Shown here: positions 37,419-46,900 of the stretch, one piece after another
How the letters are laid out: each line of letters starts with the position of its first letter
Numbering within the stretch: position 1 is the first letter of the stretch
Source: Amphiscolops sp. MND2022
Taxonomy: Eukaryota
NCBI GenBank assembly: GCA_964187785.1
Contig: OZ076416.1
Span: 3,348,001 to 3,412,000, forward strand
Length of the DNA stretch: 64,000 nucleotides
Direction: 5' to 3'
The notes under the pieces: generated by a model
The model's database searches: none
What the model was told of the DNA's origin: nothing
What the model saw: only the letters and a program-made list of their open reading frames with translations
Made by a program: the position numbers and the translations under genes

Positions 37419-38134
37419 TGTAACGTCAAGCTAGCAGCTACATTCCAGAACTGGGACAATGCCCAGGTTGCATTAACAAGAGACCAATGTCTTATAACAA
37501 CCTAAACATTAGTTTTTGGTCCCAAATGGTATCTGCAGGGACTTTTCCAAGACGCCGAGGAGACTCCTCATATTAGAGCTCCGTGGCGACGTGCCGGCAC
37601 ACTCAAAGTCCGGACACGTCCCACAAGCACGTAAAAACGTATCCAAAGGGTTCCTGCGGTCCTACATACCTCCGAGGTCTGAAAATAGGGTTTTAGTCAG
37701 AGTACATCTCAATTGAATGAATAACGTCTAAAATCACTAGTACAAGGATCTGGCAGATCCAACATCACCACATATCTGCAAATAGTAATCAACAACAACA
37801 TAACTAATCAAATTAGGCTTTTCCAATGCTTCTGTATTGATTTTGCTGTTTTCCTCATCTTCTTCTGATATGGGACATCTGGATCGAAGGCCGTTTCCAA
37901 TACAACATGCAGTTTTTTGGGGAGATGACACAATTTCCGCGATTTTCTTGTTTCCTCATGTCATGTGGGTGTCCTTTCTTGTCTTCTGGGCCGGGGGTGG
38001 GGTTTTTTTGTTGTGTCCGCTTCTTTTTTTTTGATTTCAACGACCTGCTAGGTCGGCCATTTTGGATTCGCACATTTTCGACTTTTTCAACGAATTTTTG
38101 GTGCTAACTGGTATGTCGATTGGTGGACGTTACA
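37419..38134 (-). repeat. A2 3' LTR (716 bp)
   Basis: TGTAACG...CGTTACA termini; differs from the 5' LTR by 2 substitutions, a 9-bp indel and a 1-bp indel (by eye). Confidence 0.95.
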
Positions 38135-38165
38135 TCCTCCCCGGGCCATTGTTTGTCGTCCTCGG
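38135..38165 (-). promoter_or_regulatory. A2 polypurine tract region
   Basis: Minus strand GAGGACGACAAACAATGGCCCGGGGAGGA directly precedes TGTAACG. Confidence 0.7.
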
Positions 38166-38606
38166 CAAACGGAGAAGGGCGTACCACTACTTACAAATGG
38201 TGTTAGCAACGTCATTTCCAGTTTTTATTTTTTTTGATCTTACTGCTTCAAAATCTCGATTTAGCACATTTTTGTCAATTAATGGACACTAAAATCAGTT
38301 ACTTTAAAACTCTTTTCATTTGTTCGACTAAGTTTAAAACTTCTTTTTCTGGGGTGGTTGCACTTCTACGACAGTTAGCCAGTAAAACAAAGAATAAGTC
38401 TCTTTTACTAAAACTTCAATTGCACTGTGTTTGAGCAAGCAGGCAGGCACCAAGTTGGGACCTACCCACTGGGTAGTTACATTCACAAAACTATGTTAGC
38501 ACTTCGTTGACTAAAATTTAGCACTTATGTTCTATAGTAGTTAAGGCTTCAGGTGTTTTGGTTAGTTTGGTTTGATTCGTGATGACATTGAAGTTCAGTT
38601 TCTATT

Positions 38607-41600
38607 TCACTTGTTGCTAGCGGCATCCATGACAGCATCCTCTTTCTGCAATACTTCATTCAGCGATACTGCTAATGCTTCTGACGATAATGGATTTTGC
38701 TGATTCAAGCCTGGCAACTCGCTGAGTTCGAGTTCGATATCAGCTGTCTGTAGCCTTGATAAGGTCACAGATGTGTCCTCCGCTGCGTCTAGTGGCATTG
38801 CTTGGTCGTTTGAGGTGGTAGTTATGATACTAGGAGTGGGCTGATTGGCTTGTCCAGGATGTGAGATGAATACATCAATGTTCGCTGCTGCGTCTGGTGT
38901 GGTGTTTGAGTGGCTTGTAATTGACATCACGGAAGTTGAACTGCCAGCGGCAGAAGTCTCCTCGTGCCCTGCTGCCTGTCCTGTCGAGGTGGAGCCCGCT
39001 GGGCGTGCTTCTGGCAGCTGGTTTGCAAGGTCCTGGCGTCCGTATTTGGTGAACATTTCCCTATAGGTCTCTATCGCATCTAGGTAACTGGTGTAGACAG
39101 AATTGCCCTCTCCTTTCTGTTTGGAAATTAGGGTCATGAAGATCTCCATGGCCATCCTTGGGTTGTTAGGCATTTCTTCACTTAGGGGCAAAGGTTTTCG
39201 ATTGGGTTCCCTGGCGATCTTTGGGACTGTTGCCTTCAATGCTTGATATTCTTGGTAGATTAATCTGTCTATTATTGGTGGATCAGCCCAATGCGTGGTT
39301 TTCGATAGAATATTGGCTGTGTCGGCTCGTGGTTCCGCTCGTGGGTTATACATCCGGGATGTGTCGATCACTACTCGGTGTTGGAGCGTCTCTGGCGTGG
39401 AGCCTTTTCTTCTTCCACCCAAACGTTGCACTGCATTGGATAGTGCTCTAAGGATTCCAGGTTCATCCCAGCCAGTGAAGTGTTGCAGGGCCCCAGTATT
39501 AGGTTCAACGGGAGCGTGCAGCCATTCCACAGGGTGAAGTTCCAAGGGCATGGGAATAGCGCACCGCGCTCTGGCTCGGATCAAGGCACCAAAGTTGTAC
39601 TCTACTTGCTTCTTGTCCTTGATTATAGTGAACGCCATTGGTGGTCGGAAGTTGGCAAAATTACGTACCAGCGCATGAAAGTCTGGCGGCCTGGCGTCGT
39701 CTTCTGGGTCTACGAAATGCAGAATTGACAGTGTGGGCGCGCTAGCGGCGACCCTAAGTGGCTGTGTGGGGTACCTCAAGGCCATTACAGAGCCGAATAT
39801 TGGCCAGATGATAGGAGCGATTAAGGGGATTAAGTCTTCAGTTTCCACCAACATTAGACTGGCAACTTGTGATGGGAATAGAAAACCTGGCAGGTTATTA
39901 TCATCGCGTCTCTGATTCAACGGGTCGTCCAAGGTGTTCATCACACCCGAGACATTGATCCAGGCCGAATAAATCCAAACTAGCATTGTCTCTACGTTTT
40001 CGGCTAACTGGGCGCGCAACTTCAAAGCGCCTGCGGGGTCCAGTGAATTCAAAATGGCGTTGATCCAATTTCTCTGGTTCCTTGCAAAGATAAGGAAGCT
40101 CAGCAGACTGGAATTAGCCTTGTCTAGGACTAGCCTTTGCACCAAGTGCACAGGGCCTTTGTAGACGGCACCTAGGCCAACGGCCATCAGGTAAGCCAAG
40201 ACTTCTGCGATTGTGGCTTGCTGCATTGCTTCTATGTATAGTTTTGTCTGCTGTTCGTCTAAACTACTCTCGCTTGATACCATGGTCGGCACCCAAAATG
40301 GTGAGATGTTGTAAAGAAATATGGGGAAGAGAATTCCATGGGTTTCCGCCACTTCCACTAGGGTCCTTTGCAATGTCTCATGCCACGACCGGTAGGAGTG
40401 CTCTGGGTTCGCACGGTTTTCTTTTGGCGTCCTTTGCGCTAACACCGCCAGCAGCACTAGGGTGGGCGAGACCATGTCGGGCTTCGAATCAAGTGCTTGG
40501 ATTGCTACTGGGAATACTGTTGCTTCTGTTCTGTTTTGCTTGATCTCTTCGGTCTTCCGGAAGAGAGCTAGCAGCTCTTTGTGGAATTTTGGTTCATGGG
40601 TTTTCTCATCCAGTGTCGATTCATCCCTTCTCTCAAACCATCCGTTGTCGATCATGTTGGTGCGTTCCTTTCCGTTCGGCTCTTTGACTTGGCGTACCCC
40701 GTTTTCGTCAAAGGTACGGTGCGCCATTTGCATTCCAAAGTCGAAGGCAGTAGCATCATCAGCAAGCATTTGAGAGTTGCCCGAGTATCCTGTATAGGCC
40801 TGCAAGGCTTTCGAGATTTCTGCTAAGAATGCAGAGTAGGAATTCTCGCATGGACGCCAGGTTGTGGCGCTTATTCTCAGGTTCGGTGCTACTATATGAA
40901 AGGATAAATTTTGGGCGTAAGCTGCCTCCGATATGAGATACAACAACTGTTGGAGTGGCCTGGGCAGATACACATATCCTGGGGGCGATACAAAGACTAC
41001 TCCCACAGCGGGCTTTTTTTGTTGTGCCCGTCTGATAACGCTCCTCATCGTTTCAATGTATGCTGTCACTTCAGCCGTCATCATTTCCCCCGTTAGGTTA
41101 CGGTTGCTATCTGCGAAGTACCTCAGAGTTCCTTGAAGAGCCAGATGGTGAAATACGTTGCTGTAGATTAATAGCGGGGGAAAAGGGATGGTTTCTGCAT
41201 GGTTGAGAGCAGGGCCAAAGACCTTGCAGGTCACCTCGGCCATTTCTTCTAGTGATGTGCAGGGCAAGTTCATTACTCGAACATCCATTAGGGTATTGTT
41301 CATGTTTGCAGTTGCCTTCATCGTAGAATCCATGAACAAGGCAATCCTCGTCTTCTGTAACATTTCCTTGCCCATGGGGAGCAAAGTCGTCACGTCCCTC
41401 ATGAAATCGCGACTCCTCATCAGCTGCTCGTCATATCTGGCTGGTCGTTGTACGGTCAGTTTCATCTTCGATGGCAATGGTTTCACCAACGACGACCTGT
41501 CTCTATGGAGATCCTCTCTTACCCTTTCAAACCATGGAGGGATGCGATCCAATAGGAGTGTCGGATTCTTTACTGGCCTCAGGTAGTGTACTCCAATGGA

Positions 41601-42956
41601 TGCTCTTTCAAGGTTCCTTACATCCTCTGGGTTTCCTTTGCTGCTGGCCGTTTCAAATTTCTGGACATCCAACCCTGAGTCTGGATTCCCTGACTTTGCT
41701 TCTCTCTGCAGACGCACAGCGTCTCTTGTGGCAATGTCATACTGCCGGGCTTCCGTCTGTGATAGGAGCTCAGAGAATCGCACTCGCCTAGCTTCCGGCT
41801 GTTGCACTGGTGAGGGGTTCGGGCTGGAGTTGGTGGCTTCGGAATTGGCCAATTCTCTTGCTCTTTTCTTTTGAACCAATTGTTCAATTTTATTCTGTTC
41901 TTTACGATTCAAGACATCTCGCAGATCAATAGGAGCCTTTGCTGCTCTTCTCTCCGTTTGCTCCTGTTCTCTTTGTTGTTCCTGTTTGTCTGGATCAACC
42001 TGAAAACCTATTAGGTGCCGTGGATCTGTTGGTGTCGTAGGCAGCAAGGCATCGTACGAGTCTGGTACTCCAATCACGTCTCTCATGATGGGTACGTCAA
42101 GCGGATTTCGCATCACGACTGTTCTTGGTTTTTGGCTGCTAGTTTCATCGGTGCCATGCGCACTAGTGCGCATTTCCTCCACCCCTTCCCCCCTGAAAGA
42201 GGAGGGGCGCATGAGTTCAGGGTCGCCCTCCGCTAGTCGTCGGACGTTGATGGAGGCGGACGGTGGGGGTGGTGTCAACACTGGTGGCGGCACTGGGGGT
42301 AGCAGGCATGTGATCTGCTGGAATGACGGTATATGTTGAGGTTGGTTATTGTGGGAACTCCGAGGAGCGGTGGGTGGTACCGTTGGATGGGTTGGTGTTG
42401 GATTCGTCTGGGGAGGTCGGAGTTGTTCCATGGGAAGCCTAGCAGGCTCATTGTACCTCATGCTGGACCTGTGGTCGTCAAAGTGGTGGGTCAGATCATG
42501 ACCGCGCCATGCACCATCGTGAAGCTCTGCTGTCCTACGGTATGAACCGATTCCAACAGATATGGACAGGGTGAAGTCTGGGTGCATCTCCAGAGACTGC
42601 ATTTGTGCAATCAGCATAGTCATCCCCGTTACCAGTGTCGGAGGGGCGCCTTCTTGAAGAGTTGATTGGACCAGACCAAGCTGGTCTACTGTGGCCTGGG
42701 CCCTATCTACAGGCAGCGAGGGCACGGGAGCTGGAAGTGTGGCTGACTGGTTTTGACTAGATTGGGAGGTGCTCGGCTGCGAGCTTGTTGTTGGAGGAGC
42801 TGGCAGGCGTGTTCTTGCTGAGTGATCCATTGTATGGATAGGTAGCACCTTAGACAAAAGATTATGTTGAGTGTACTGCAAATATGATGATATGCGGCTG
42901 GCTGTGTCAAGTGCGTAGGAATTGACAGGACTGAACTGAAAAACAACAGGCGTCAA
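38607..42956 (-). CDS. A2 ORF3, 1449 aa (first ATG at 42830), non-Env protein with an internal SGNH-like domain
   Basis: Uninterrupted 4.35-kb ORF in the env position; conserved blocks shared with A1 ORF3; IALFMDST...NLPCTSL...LLIYSN...VVFVSPPG...APNLRI..TWRP follows the SGNH block order. Confidence 0.85.
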   Translation of the reverse strand: MTPVVFQFSPVNSYALDTASRISSYLQYTQHNLLSKVLPIHTMDHSARTRLPAPPTTSSQPSTSQSSQNQSATLPAPVPSLPVDRAQATVDQLGLVQSTLQEGAPPTLVTGMTMLIAQMQSLEMHPDFTLSISVGIGSYRRTAELHDGAWRGHDLTHHFDDHRSSMRYNEPARLPMEQLRPPQTNPTPTHPTVPPTAPRSSHNNQPQHIPSFQQITCLLPPVPPPVLTPPPPSASINVRRLAEGDPELMRPSSFRGEGVEEMRTSAHGTDETSSQKPRTVVMRNPLDVPIMRDVIGVPDSYDALLPTTPTDPRHLIGFQVDPDKQEQQREQEQTERRAAKAPIDLRDVLNRKEQNKIEQLVQKKRARELANSEATNSSPNPSPVQQPEARRVRFSELLSQTEARQYDIATRDAVRLQREAKSGNPDSGLDVQKFETASSKGNPEDVRNLERASIGVHYLRPVKNPTLLLDRIPPWFERVREDLHRDRSSLVKPLPSKMKLTVQRPARYDEQLMRSRDFMRDVTTLLPMGKEMLQKTRIALFMDSTMKATANMNNTLMDVRVMNLPCTSLEEMAEVTCKVFGPALNHAETIPFPPLLIYSNVFHHLALQGTLRYFADSNRNLTGEMMTAEVTAYIETMRSVIRRAQQKKPAVGVVFVSPPGYVYLPRPLQQLLYLISEAAYAQNLSFHIVAPNLRISATTWRPCENSYSAFLAEISKALQAYTGYSGNSQMLADDATAFDFGMQMAHRTFDENGVRQVKEPNGKERTNMIDNGWFERRDESTLDEKTHEPKFHKELLALFRKTEEIKQNRTEATVFPVAIQALDSKPDMVSPTLVLLAVLAQRTPKENRANPEHSYRSWHETLQRTLVEVAETHGILFPIFLYNISPFWVPTMVSSESSLDEQQTKLYIEAMQQATIAEVLAYLMAVGLGAVYKGPVHLVQRLVLDKANSSLLSFLIFARNQRNWINAILNSLDPAGALKLRAQLAENVETMLVWIYSAWINVSGVMNTLDDPLNQRRDDNNLPGFLFPSQVASLMLVETEDLIPLIAPIIWPIFGSVMALRYPTQPLRVAASAPTLSILHFVDPEDDARPPDFHALVRNFANFRPPMAFTIIKDKKQVEYNFGALIRARARCAIPMPLELHPVEWLHAPVEPNTGALQHFTGWDEPGILRALSNAVQRLGGRRKGSTPETLQHRVVIDTSRMYNPRAEPRADTANILSKTTHWADPPIIDRLIYQEYQALKATVPKIAREPNRKPLPLSEEMPNNPRMAMEIFMTLISKQKGEGNSVYTSYLDAIETYREMFTKYGRQDLANQLPEARPAGSTSTGQAAGHEETSAAGSSTSVMSITSHSNTTPDAAANIDVFISHPGQANQPTPSIITTTSNDQAMPLDAAEDTSVTLSRLQTADIELELSELPGLNQQNPLSSEALAVSLNEVLQKEDAVMDAASNK

Positions 42957-43138
42957 TTTGGGCTAAAATAATGTTTCTGACGAGTACAATTGAGCTACAG
43001 TCAACATTAAAAAAAAACAAAGGGTTAAAATAGACTCGGTCATAGTTAAAACCCAATTCGGCGATTGACTAAAACAATACTGACACTACAAGTTATGAGT
43101 GGCTTTCATTGTAATTACCCTGAACGTGCCACTGCAAT

Positions 43139-43921
43139 TCAATCAAGCTTAGACTTTCCACAATCAAGGCGTGTCTCAATTGAAGCAATGGACACATACA
43201 CTCTGTCATGTAAGATAACGTCAATGTCGGAATCGATGAAATGGTCCCTCAACATTGAATACCAAGCTGGTAGCATGTTGATGGACCTTTCAGGGTCATA
43301 GATGGGCAAATGGATTTGGGTAGCGTGTGCCCGCACCAGCTTCTGTATTAGGTCTACTAGGCACAGATGTAGCACATCATGGAGGATGGGGTGTTTACTA
43401 GAGGCTCTTGTGATCAACAATATGATCTCGTTGTTCCATGGCGCTGTTGTTGATTTCGGGAGGCGTATGGCCTTCCCCACAGCTGGGCGTAGCCGGAAAA
43501 TTTCCTCCTGACTATATTCTCGGATGACGTAACGTGCCATTGCTGAATATGATAGCAAATCTGCTGGACAGCATATCGCCACGGTACCACGGGCTTGAAG
43601 AATGTCGGTTTCTTCGTAGGAAATCCATGATAAGTAGTTCGGCTTGAATTTGGGGTGGGTCGTCAGTAGTTTTCCCGTGACAGTGCTTTGATTGTCTTGT
43701 CTTGGCGTGAGATGATCTAGAATGGCTTTTCGATCTTGCCATACTGTCCTGCGTAAGGGTCTGTTTCCCAAATTCGTGCAAGACCAATCATGAACTACGG
43801 AAAGTGCTTCAAGCACAGTCACTGGGTTCTCGAACGTATAGGTATATTTGTCCAATAGACGTATTTTGGCTTGTCGACAGAAAGTGATAGCCAATAGCTG
43901 CAACCAGTGTTGGGTAAGGAA
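43139..43921 (-). CDS. A2 Pol C-terminal extension with TARG1/Poa1p-like macrodomain, in frame with pol after a single TAA
   Basis: WISYEETDIL...VAICCPADL...IILLITRASSKHP...IHLPIYDP...DIDVILH resembles TARG1 ITYVKGDLF...LAHCISED...IYYLITK...LSMPRIG...IKITVY; same frame as pol (GGA TAA TTC CTT). Confidence 0.7.
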   Translation of the reverse strand, partial: FLTQHWLQLLAITFCRQAKIRLLDKYTYTFENPVTVLEALSVVHDWSCTNLGNRPLRRTVWQDRKAILDHLTPRQDNQSTVTGKLLTTHPKFKPNYLSWISYEETDILQARGTVAICCPADLLSYSAMARYVIREYSQEEIFRLRPAVGKAIRLPKSTTAPWNNEIILLITRASSKHPILHDVLHLCLVDLIQKLVRAHATQIHLPIYDPERSINMLPAWYSMLRDHFIDSDIDVILHDRVYVSIASIETRLDCGKSKLD

Positions 43922-46900
43922 TTATCCGCGATAGATGTCTGCTAGGTGGAAACAAAGTGTGTCATCGAACTCCACTAATGTGCGCAAGTTCTCTAAGCAA
44001 ATCAATAGTGTTCCTGGAGTCACTGGGGATGTCTCGTCTAGAGAAGTGACTAGTAGCCACCATCCTGTCGTTGGATGATACACATCTCCAGGAGGTGAAG
44101 TCACACCGTATTGTTGCCATAGCTTCTGCGCGGTGATACAGCGTACCATTGCTACTTTCGTGTCTGTTGGTTCTATTTTTCCAAATACCATCGATGGTGG
44201 GAGTGGTGGGATGATAGTGGCTAACGTGAATTCTAGCCCACTCTTTTCGTGCCACGTCCACTCCTTGAACCGATAGATGGGACAGTCTGAGGGTGACGTT
44301 CCTTGCATAGCTTTGAGTGTGGTTTCCATCGGAGGGATCACTCCTGGTCCGACGCTCGAGTAGGTCTTTTCTATTGTTATTACGATATGGTGTACTTGTG
44401 GAATGTCCTGATCCTCAGCTTGTATGGACCGGATAGTGTGTTGTGCATGGTCCTCGAACGTGTCGGTGTCAGCCAAGGCAGGGGCAGAGGCGTCCTCTCC
44501 CCGGGCCAATCGTTGGTCCGGTGGTCTCCCTTTGATTAGGTTGATACAGCTGCAGTTACGGGAACCACAGGTTCCACACCTGTATCTAGGTGCTCTATTG
44601 CGTCGTAGCTGATAAGGTGCGGCTCGTGGGAGGTTTAATTGTTCCGCTTGTCGTTGTTCTGGTGACGTGCTTTCCGCAATGTTGGGTAGTGTCATTGCAC
44701 GTTCCAAGGTTCTAGACTGAGCTTTGGTTCTTACTCGGCCTCTTGATCTGGTATATGGTCTGCTAGTTCTTGTAAGGGCTTGACTTGACGAAGTGACACT
44801 TCCTCTTCTACGACCTGGAGGTCTTCCTCTTGGTCTTCCTGTTCTATTTGCGATTCTTCTTGATGGGGGTAATGTTTCCATACTTTGCTTGGGTTCTTGT
44901 ATTTCCCTGTCAGTTTCTTCTTGGGGTTCAACTTCTTCGGCAAGTTCTAGTCCTACCGAGCTAGCAGCTCGAGAACTGAACAGTGGGAAATTGCTCAATG
45001 TGTCGGTTAAAGCTGGATTCGATAGTAATGGTGCGGACGTTCCTGATGGTGAGGGTATCAGACTTGGTGGTGGTTCTGGCAAGACTTCTTCTTGGTCTGA
45101 GTATAACGGTTCCAAGTCATCAAGTTCGGGATAAACGACTGGTTGTTGTTCTTCTTCAATGGGTTGATTCATGGATTCTCGGTCAGAGTCAGATTCAGAC
45201 GGATATCCGAAGTGACTAAATCGTCTACGTGGGATTCCTTGTTCCAAAGCAGATTGAGTGCGCGTCTGGATCGTGCGCGGTGGGACAGGCGCGGTTGGTT
45301 CCATTTCGAAGGATGCTTCCGGCAGCTGTTCTGGAAGAAATGAGTCACGGGATATGTCTGATGTTATCTCCTCATTGCTCTCTTCCACGTACGGATCTGC
45401 AATGATGGCGACGTTCTGATCCAACCCAAAGGGTTGATGTGCTGCCCAATCCCATGGTGCTGGCACATGCTTCTTCAGACGCTCAAAATGGACTTTTTGA
45501 CCTGTATCTAGCACGTATAATCTTCCATCTTGCAACACATCCGTGACCTTGTGAGGTCCACGCCAGGCACGCAGAAGTTTACGGGTACCACCCTTGGGAA
45601 TTATATGGCAGAAAACCCAAACGGCATCACCCACGGCATGAGCTTTTGCCTTCAAATGTCTGTCGAACTTCTGTTTTTGTCGTACTTGCGCTTGATGAGT
45701 ATTTCGGCGGACAAGCTCGTGGATTTCTTGTTGTCTAGCAAGTAGGTGCTCTACGAATTCTTCTTTGGATTCGAACTCTCGCGCTGCGAATTCTGGGTAT
45801 ATAAATGAGAGCGGAATGGACTTTTCCGCGCCATGTTGGAGCATGTACGGGGAAAATCCTGTTGTTGCATGTCTGGTCGAATTGTAGGCGCCCAAGACTC
45901 CGTCTATGTGCTCATCCCAGTCAAGCATCCTGCGTGACGTATAAACTCTGAGCAAGGTAAGCAACGTTCGGTTCTGGCGTTCCACTAAACCGTTGCCTCT
46001 CGGATGAGCTGGAGTAGACGTTACCTTGGTTACTTGCGAAGCTTTCATCAATTCTTGAGCAATTTCGGCAGTGAAATTGGTGGCGTTGTCAGACTGCATT
46101 CTGGCAGGAGTGCCATGTCTTGCGAACCATTTATTTAAGATGATCTTTGCAGTCGTCTGTGCGTCGTATTCATCATGTGCGCATGGAATTGCCTCTGCAA
46201 ACTTCGTGAAATGGTCGATAATGACTAGCAGTCCATTATTTCCTGACGTTGTCTTGCATAATTTCAAATGGTCAAATTGCACCAGGTCATTAAAGTTGCT
46301 GCTGTTGATACTTTGTAGGGGGTAACAGGGATTCCCAGCGGGATGCTTCGTCTGTTGGCATGTTAAGCAATGCTTAATATGATTGACGACATCACGTTTG
46401 ATGCCTGGCCAAGTGTGGCGCTCTTGTATCCTCGCCAATACTTTGCCAACGCCTTGGTGTCCTGATTCATCATGTGCTCTGTACAAAATCTCATGCTGGT
46501 AGAGTTGGGGCATGACGATCATACACGGTCGTACGTGCATCGCGCGTTGCTGCGGAATGTAATTGACACACAAAATGTCATTTTGGTTCAAGAACAGTAG
46601 GTCTTTCTTCTGATGAAAGTATCGTTTGGCAAAATCTTGCACATCCTCGGGGAACAAAGCGTCATCCAATGGTTCGTTCTTCATGAGCTTTTTCAGCGCT
46701 AGGAGGTGAACATCTCTGTTTTTAGCTAGATGTAAATCCTTCAGACCACGGATCGTTGACTGGTGCTCATGAAGTTCACTTCCGACTAGCCTGAGGATAT
46801 CAGCCTGTTCTTGACAGTGCGTTGGCAATCTTCGCAACGCTGGGTCGCGTTTGGTGGTGTCGAGACGTGCCGCTGGCACTTTGGTTGTTACACTAAGGAT

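Noticed and set aside
35706-38134. Treating the 1.7-kb duplication plus the 0.7-kb repeat as one long LTR
   Set aside because: The order differs at the two ends (A-LTR on the left, LTR-A on the right), and the PBS and PPT abut the 0.7-kb repeat.
38607-42956. ORF3 as a retroviral or baculoviral-type env
   Set aside because: No N-terminal signal peptide, no clear furin site plus fusion peptide, few cysteines, and no C-terminal transmembrane anchor.
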